Assembly (NCBI GenBank): GCA_951406725.2
Contig: OX597815.1
Coordinates: 55,552,001 to 55,616,000 of the forward strand
Length of the DNA stretch: 64,000 nucleotides
Source: Octopus vulgaris
Lineage: Eukaryota
Reading direction: 5' to 3'
Shown: positions 56,520 through 64,000 of the stretch, piece after piece
How the letters are laid out: each line of letters opens with the position of its first letter
Numbering within the stretch: position 1 is the first letter of the stretch
Program-made: the position numbers and the translations under genes
Notes under the pieces: model-generated
Told to the model about the DNA's origin: nothing
The model's database searches: none
What the model saw: only the letters and a program-made list of their open reading frames with translations

Positions 56520-57255
56520 TAATCTAACCGTGGAGACACTCCTCAACACTTACTCCAAAGAAGGTCATCAAGATCGTTTAATCTGCAGGGAAGGTGATGG
56601 CCTCAGTATTTTGGATTGCAAAAAGCAACGTGTTTATTGACTATTTTCAGAAGGCTCTCACCATCAATGGAGAGTGCTGTACTGTGCCACCTTTCTAAGG
56701 CAGTTGCGAAAGGCTATTGTTACACATTCATATCTATGTGTATACGTGTATAGAATACATCCCCACTTTTGGCACTATTTTGTTAGTGAACAGTACGAAC
56801 TGTGTCTAAAACATAGATGTATCACTACGCTGAATGTCGAGTCCGTGTAACAGGAAAAGTAAATAAACACGTAAAACAATAACAATGGCTTTCATATTGG
56901 TTGTCTATCCCATTAGAACCCAAACTACACATAACAGCTATCAAGGCTAAACGCAAGGAAAACTGTGGAGTATGTTTTTCTTTCATCGAAACAAATACTC
57001 CAGTGCACAAGTAATTGGTTTCGATGGCTGCTATTTGTGAATGGCTTTGAACTGCTAAGCCACCCTCCCTACTTTAGTGATTTGACCTCATCTTATTATC
57101 TATTATCCCCTACATATATATAAAAAAAATACTCGGTTGGGAACCAATATCATAGTGATGATGTCTTATCAGCTGTTGAAAACTTGTTTAACTAACAGGA
57201 TTGCTTCTTTTCCAAGGCAATCGAAGCAATGAATCGCTGAAAGAAGTATGTAAGA
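56520..57255 (+). pseudogene. mariner transposase catalytic-domain relic, interrupted by a solo LTR
   Basis: SAGKVMASVFW, FIDY..TING, LRQLRKAIKAKR, FELLSHPPY remnants. Confidence 0.75.
56718..56936 (+). mobile_element. 219-bp solo LTR with 5-bp TSD (GCTAT)
   Basis: TGTTA...TAACA termini; GCTAT at 56713-56717 and 56937-56941; internal AATAAA; removal restores the mariner frame. Confidence 0.8.
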
Positions 57256-57699
57256 TGATCTTTTCTGTTTGATTTTCACTTTTCAATTGCCTCAATTTTG
57301 TTCCAATTTCAAAAATGTGTATTGTTCACATGAACTAAACCAACAGTATGTTTATCCAACATTTCACAAAACTTTATTAAAACTGTCACCTTGTACAAAA
57401 TGCCAGCTTCCACATCCTGTTCTCTGATTGAGGGGAAAATGATCAAACTTTAAACCTCTGTCACAGTTTTCTAACATTTTTCTGGAATAAGTGAATAGCA
57501 TCAGATTCAACGTGAAAAATTACATCAATGTATCAACTTTGAAAATTTTCGCTTAATTTTAAAATTTCTGAAGGTGAAATCAAGCAGAAAAGATTCTAAT
57601 ATTTAAAAATGAACTTCATTTGGTCACATTCCATGAGAATATATTGGTCAACCTGTTAATTTTCCAGTCGATCCTCATAATAATAAAAGTTATTATTAT

Positions 57700-59040
57700 T
57701 GAACAACTCAAATACAGGCTCTATCGCTTATTTCCCAGCGTCGAAGCAGCAGCCGATCGCGACGAGATGGTAGGCGGTCCCGAAGCCCCAGTGCTACCCG
57801 CAACTCACATGACGCGTGTTGGTACCACCGAAAATTCGGAACACGGGCGCAAAAATACACGATACCATGCTCGTTTTCCTCACCCAGTTCGGGAAACGGC
57901 ACAGCCAGGAGTTGAACGCGACGGAAGTTCCTGGCTCGCACCCCAACAGTCGCCTGTTTTTCGTTTGCGATCGGGTAACAGGCACGCGTTTCCTGGTAAA
58001 TACCGGCGCGGAAGTCAGCATCATCCCTGTCTCCAACACTTCTGGAAAAAGAAAAGAGACACTAGTCTGTCTTCAGGTAGTTAACCATTCACCCATCCCA
58101 ACCTACGGTGACCCTGACACTGAACTTAGGACTACGCCGCACCTTTCAGTGGGTATTTGTCGTGGCTAAACTGCCGACCCCTATCTTAGGAGCCGATTTC
58201 CTGCATCATTTCGGTCTCCTGGTAGACATTAAAAATAGCCGAATTGTCGACAGCACCACCAAGCTTACTGTGCACGGTATAGCCACTCGTATGGACGCAG
58301 TCAGCCCAACTATATTGCTCACAACAACGACTCGTCACAGTTCTATCCTGAAGGAATATCCGGACGTCGCTCAACCAGTATTCCACAACCAGCCGATCAA
58401 GCACGACGTTACCCACCACATCAAAACCAGCGGTCCACCTGTTGCTGCAAGACCCAGAAGGTTAACACCTGATCGTCTCAAGGCCGTCAAGCGGGAATTC
58501 CTGCACCTGCTCGACCTTGGAATCATCCGCCCTTCCAGCAGCAACTGGTCCTCGCCGATACACTGCGTCCCCCCAAAACCATCGACCGATTGGTGGGTTT
58601 GCGGTGATTATCGATCGCTGAATAAAAGTACTATCAGTGATGTCTACCCGGCATGGAACTCGCATCTTTTCCAAGATCGACCTTGTGGGAGCATACAACC
58701 AAATCCCAGTGGAACCTGCGGACATCTCGAAGACAGCAGTTACTACACCCTTCGGAATGTCTGAATTCCTGCGTATGCCTTTCTGTTTACGCAACGCGGA
58801 CAGATATTCCAAAGGTTTATCGACATGGTGACTAGAGGTTTGCCTTTCGTCTATGCCTACATAGACGACATAGTCGTGGCCAGTAACTCGGACGAAGAAC
58901 ATAACCAACACCTTCACCTGCTATTCGAACGCCTGCGCAAATATGGTGTTGTTATCAACCCCAGTAAGTGTTTGTTCGGAGTTGCTCCCTTCATTTTCTC
59001 GGGCACATAGTCGAGAAGGATGGAATTCGTCCCCTTCCCG
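57700..59040 (+). mobile_element. Gypsy LTR retrotransposon pol fragment (protease, RT), frameshifted
   Basis: [64 protein letters not shown]. Confidence 0.88.
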
Positions 59041-59042
59041 GG

Positions 59043-59345
59043 GGGTTTATTTACATTTGTGAAGAAAAAAAGATACTCTTCCCCCAACCCTAACCCTAAA
59101 TCTAAAATAGATTGAAATGTAATAGATCGATACTAGGGTTATAATTATGGGTGACAATTTCATACGACACCGCTACGGAAAATAAGATTTTTTTCTAGCG
59201 GTGTCAAATGAAAATGTTACCCATAATTATGGCCCTAGTATCGATCTATTGCATTTCAATCTATTTTAGATTTAGGGTTAGAGTTAGGGTTAAGGTTAGG
59301 GGTGGGGGAAGGGTATCTTTTTTCTTCACAAATGTAAATAAACCC
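59043..59345. repeat. Imperfect foldback with telomere-like (CCCTAA/TTAGGG) tracts in both arms
   Basis: GGGTTTATTTACATTTGTGAAGAAAAAA...TTTTTTCTTCACAAATGTAAATAAACCC. Confidence 0.8.
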
Positions 59346-59732
59346 AATCTGTTTCTTAAACGAGGAACATTCATACAGCACGGAATGTTGTTTACCTAAA
59401 TGGAGGTCAGCGATTGGTTAAAATTGCAGAAATGCTCGAAATTAAAGACGAAATATGTTACAACATATAGAATTTTCTCAATAAAGCCAAGAAAAAATGA
59501 TGTTTTATAAACACATTCTACCAGTATATGAAGTTTAAAAGTGTTTAGTTAACTAGAAATTGTGTTGAAAAGTGCCGTTCAAAAGGAAAAGATCCGAAAC
59601 CCTTTTCTCCCACCCCTAACCTTAACACAAACCCCCCACGTATAAAAAAAAAAACACTTTCTTGAAATGTATCTGGTACTTCCGGTACTTACACCGGTAC
59701 ATATACCGAAGTTACGCCATATATATATATAT

Positions 59733-60245
59733 ATCTATATATATAAAACTCTAGTTGTGTGAGTGTCTGTCCCCTTCGATTTAGATTCCTAACTCCTCCC
59801 ACATTTTGCGGTGCAGTTTAACCAAATTCGGGTATCTTATAGTCGTGATTCATATCGAGCCCGTCTGACTATTAGCGCGCGTCAACGATGAGTCTACGAT
59901 TTTAAAAATAATTTAACATAATTTTTTATTCCATTTTAATGCATAAAATGCATCGTATGTCGATGGCGGCGGGGTTGGCGTCCACGCTCACAGCTGCACC
60001 TGTTTGCTTCTCCCCCTTCCCTCCCTCGTGAAGCTGTGGGGAAGGGAGTGTAAAGAAATCAACGTCGTAATCCGTTGTGAAGGAAACCAGCGTTCTTTTA
60101 GAACAACGACTTCATGGCTTGAAGACACCAAAACAAAAATGGCTAAGAAAGCCCGAATTGGCATCTATAAGGGAAGTAACTCTCTAAAAATGCTTATATA
60201 GTTATTTCCCTTACAAACCCGAGCAACGCCGGGCGATACTGCTAG
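59733..60245 (+). mobile_element. Short non-autonomous Helitron
   Basis: A|TC start in (TA)n; ends CCCGAGCAACGCCGGGCGATACTGCTAG|T. Confidence 0.8.
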
Positions 60246-62527
60246 TATATATATATATTTATTTTATAGAAGGAGCTTCTACAGGACTAGAACTGTTTCA
60301 TTATATAGTGTGTGTAGGGGGTAGTAGAAATCTACGGATGCACAAACGCACAAAACGGAGAAAAGGAAATAAATATGGACGATTTGTTCAGAAACGCCCG
60401 CGAGTGGGAAACGGGTCTCAAGAGTAACCCCAAATCATTTTCCCCCAAATTGTTATGTCCTCTGAATCTACATAGTCCGAGGTATATTTGAAGAAAATTT
60501 CATTAAAAAATATCCATTTTCTTGAAAGTTAAGACGAATTGAAGTGGACTCCGGTGAATTTTCGAAATTCCCCATCTCACCCCTCCTAAAACACTCCCCG
60601 CAAATTTGTATATTTGGACTCTACATGATATAACACATATTCGAAGAAAATTTCAGTAAAAAATATCCGTTTTTCTGTAAGTTATGATCATCCAAAGTCG
60701 GGGTGGGGCAGAAATCTGTATTTAATGCCAAATTAATAATTTATTCTTTTTTACATTGATGACTAACAAGCTTGTTTAATTTTGCGTGTTTCGGGGCCAA
60801 GATGTCTACTGAAAGTTATTTTTGCGAAAAGAATTCGTGTTTGAGAGTCGGTAAGTCTTGTCATCACAATGGACTGTTGACCACCAAATAGAATAGATCC
60901 GGACTTTGATCTTTGCATTTTGTCCTGCGCGCTACGATTCTGTCAGTCCACCGCTTCAAAATATTATAAGAAATTACTTAGTAGAAATAGATTTCAAAAG
61001 TTACGTTGCAACATGATTATTTACAAACTTATTCCCATTCAAGCTCCTAACTAAAATTAAAACAAAATTTGGGAAAATCTTATTTAAATATAATTATTTC
61101 CTGGTGGAAACGTTTTTGTACATTTCTGTTTGTTTACATAAAATACAGGAATAACTAATCGCTACAAAGTGTAAACCTACTCTCGATTTGTGTGGCCTGA
61201 CAAATTAACCACATTGTTTGCAATGGACACGTCTTGTTTCATCGACGATTCTCTGAAGGCAAAGTATTCGAAGACGTGTGAGAAGTACCTAAACTATGGC
61301 ACTGCCGGGTTTAGAACTAAGTATGTGTAGATTTTCTTTCTATCTTTGTTCAAAATCAATTATTTTTGTTCTTCAGTCACTTTAAAAAAGAAAATCCTTG
61401 TTAAATATCAAGCATTCCATTCCTGCTACGCACTGACTGTTCAGCTGTATGTACACATTTAAGTTTTTGTACAATTTGATTTATAGGGATAGACTTTGGA
61501 TTTTCGTGCTTTTAATGCATGCAAGCCTAGTTATACTTTTTTCTAAACCGAATTGACTTTATCACTAGTGGTCTTGAATTTATAATTACATTGTTTTAAT
61601 GTCGTGCCGGTTTAAAATATATATAAGGTGGATTTGCTATTTCGATCTCGGTTTTTCTATCACTGCAGAATTAGCTATAGTAGCTAATTTATGATATTTT
61701 ATTCTTTCTTTCTTAATTTATTTATCGTTTAAAATTTATTTAAACTTGTCTATTGGGTAGTAGTTGACAACATCGGTTAAAATGATTTAGTTACGACCCT
61801 TTACTTTGAAGTTCAAATTCCATTACAGTTAATTTTGCTTTCCATCCTTCCGAAGTCGATAAAACAAACTTCAAGTCAAATATGAAGGATGATATATGTT
61901 CCAATACTTCATTAGAAATAAATAAAGAGAACATTATCCAAATCTAATTACAATGTGTAGCAGCCAAACTTTTAAGAAGCCATCTGTATTAATTCTTTCT
62001 CAAAAGCCGTGGTTAAAAATTATACTTTACATAGTTTTGATATCTCATAATGAATTGATTTAATGTTGAATGTACGAAAATATAGCATTGTTAATTGTAG
62101 TGTTTGAATTTATATTTAAACTGTCAATAAAACTTGTTCGCCTTCTTCATAAGAAAAAAATTGTAGAAATTTTAAAATTATTTAAATTTTGATCTAGATT
62201 GTCACACATTTTGTTCCATTAACGACGTACAGTTTACCTTTAAAAAAAAACAAGCTAATCGCTGCGAAGTGTAAACCTAGTTTGACAAGCTGAATAATTT
62301 TGCAATGGACACACTATAGAGATCTGTTCAAGGACAGACATTTGGTAAGAAGCTAAACTAAACCACTTGTTATAAATTCAAGTAAAAAATACTCCTCTTC
62401 CCTCACACATACACATTTATGTGGAATGTTGTAAATGTATTAGTAATTTTCAAAAGTTTCAACTGCCTCAATTCATCAATTAGTCCGGTAAGGCTGATCA
62501 TATGATTATAAATACATGGCAGCCCAA

Positions 62528-62566
<39 letters not shown>

Positions 62567-62699
62567 ATATATCTTATCTATATATACATATATATATCTT
62601 ATATATATATATATCTTATCTATATATATATATATATATATATATATCTATATCTAATATATATATATATATATACATATATATCTATATCTAATATAT

Positions 62700-64000
62700 G
62701 TAGTCAGAGTATGTGACAGAATATTGAAGATTAGATTAGTGCTCCATCATAGTTTAGCAACTATTATATCGGCCTATGCCCCTCAGCCAGGGTTACCCGA
62801 TGGACAGAAAGACCGTTTCTATGACACCCTACTGCAGACCACCTCATTGACGAACAACAGGGACCTTCTCTTTGTGGCTGGTGACTTCAATGGGCATGTT
62901 GGACGATATACTGAGGGCTTCTATGGCGTTCATGGAGGCTATGGTTATGGTTCTCGCAATGAGGAGGGAACCAGGCTGCTGGAGTTCTGTGATGTGAATA
63001 GTCTTATGGTCTGCAACACTAACTTCAGGAAACCAACAAGCCACTTGGTCACCTACCATTCGGGCCAGCATACTAGCCAAATCGACTACATCCTTGCCAG
63101 AAAAAGGGAAAGATGGCTGCTTATGAATGCCAAAACCTTCCCAGGCGAAGAATGTACCCCACAACATAGAATGGTAGTCAGTGACTTTAGGATCAGGACT
63201 AAGAGGACGACTAGAAGACGACCAACATGGAGAAGAAGGGTCTGGAAGCTTAAAGACCCTGCTAACGGACAGAGATTTAGAGACATGTTACTTGAAGCCT
63301 TTGACGAAATAGAAGGGGGCATAGCTACACATGGGGTAGAAGATAACTGGGCGTTTCTAAGGGACAACCTGCTGAAAGCCACTGACCAGATCTGTGGCTG
63401 GTGCAAAGTCCCCACAAGACCCAAAATAACGTGGTGGTGGAACAATACTGTTGACAGGGCTATTAGACAAAAGAAACAGGCTTGGAAGGACTGGAAGAAC
63501 GGTGGTAGCAGGGAAGTGTATCAGACTGCAAGAAGGGAAGCTAGGAGGCAGGTTTATTTAGCCAGAGGGGAAGCAGATAGGAAAAAATTTGCCAATGTCC
63601 TGCGCCGTGAGGATGAAAGACTTGAGGTATTTCATATAGCAAGACAGTGTGTGAGAGAGAATCGTGACGTGGTAGGAGAAAAATGTGTTCGCACGGATGA
63701 CGGCTCACTTGCGCTAAATGAGGGTGCAAAGAGAGAGGTTTGGAGAAGCCACTATGAAAGGTTGCTGAATGAGGAAAATGAATGGGATAAAGAGAGTCTG
63801 CCGAATGTTGACCCAACAGAGGGACCAGCAATCCGAATTGAAAGTTCCTTAGTAGATAAGGCAATTAAAAGCATGAAAACAGGGAAAGCCCCAGGCCCAT
63901 CAGGAATTACTGCAGAGATGCTCAAAATATCTGGTAGTGTCGGCTATAGCCTAGTCACCCGTATAGTTAACCAGGTGATACACGAAGGAGTCATTCCCAA
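62700..64000 (+). mobile_element. RTE-PHD family LINE, 5'-truncated; APE and RT N-terminus in a frame that appears open to the window end
   Basis: Manual translation: IISAYAPQ, AGDFNGHVG, RNEEG, QIDYIL, PQHRMVV, TWWWN, GKAPGPSGITAEMLK. Confidence 0.88.

Noticed and set aside
60310-60800. Possible DNA-transposon remnant with two internal subrepeats
   Set aside because: No termini or coding remnants identifiable by eye

Overview
AT-rich, transposon-dense animal DNA; the repeat landscape (very long (TA)n, tRNA-SINEs, RTE LINEs) suggests a cephalopod, probably Octopus, which is an inference. The only recognisable host gene is TMEM129 (ERAD E3 ligase, minus strand). Three coding exons are visible (50814-50598, 49528-49054, 45163-45004), but I found no RING-encoding exon, so the first 45 kb is probably one giant intron. 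The window holds an apparently full-length CR1/L2-group LINE whose ORF1 combines a Myb/SANT-like domain and a CCCH finger, behind a 15-copy modular 5' array. It also holds several RTE LINEs with a PHD-type finger inside the RT region, an RTE with three C-terminal C2H2 fingers, Penelope-like elements with hammerhead ribozyme motifs, modular Helitrons carrying PIF1 and piggyBac fragments, mariner and Gypsy relics, a solo LTR with a 5-bp TSD, SINEs and several foldback palindromes. Most long ORFs in the track (IYIY/CVCV) are microsatellite artefacts. Family assignments come from motif recognition by eye; no searches were run, and repeat boundaries are approximate.
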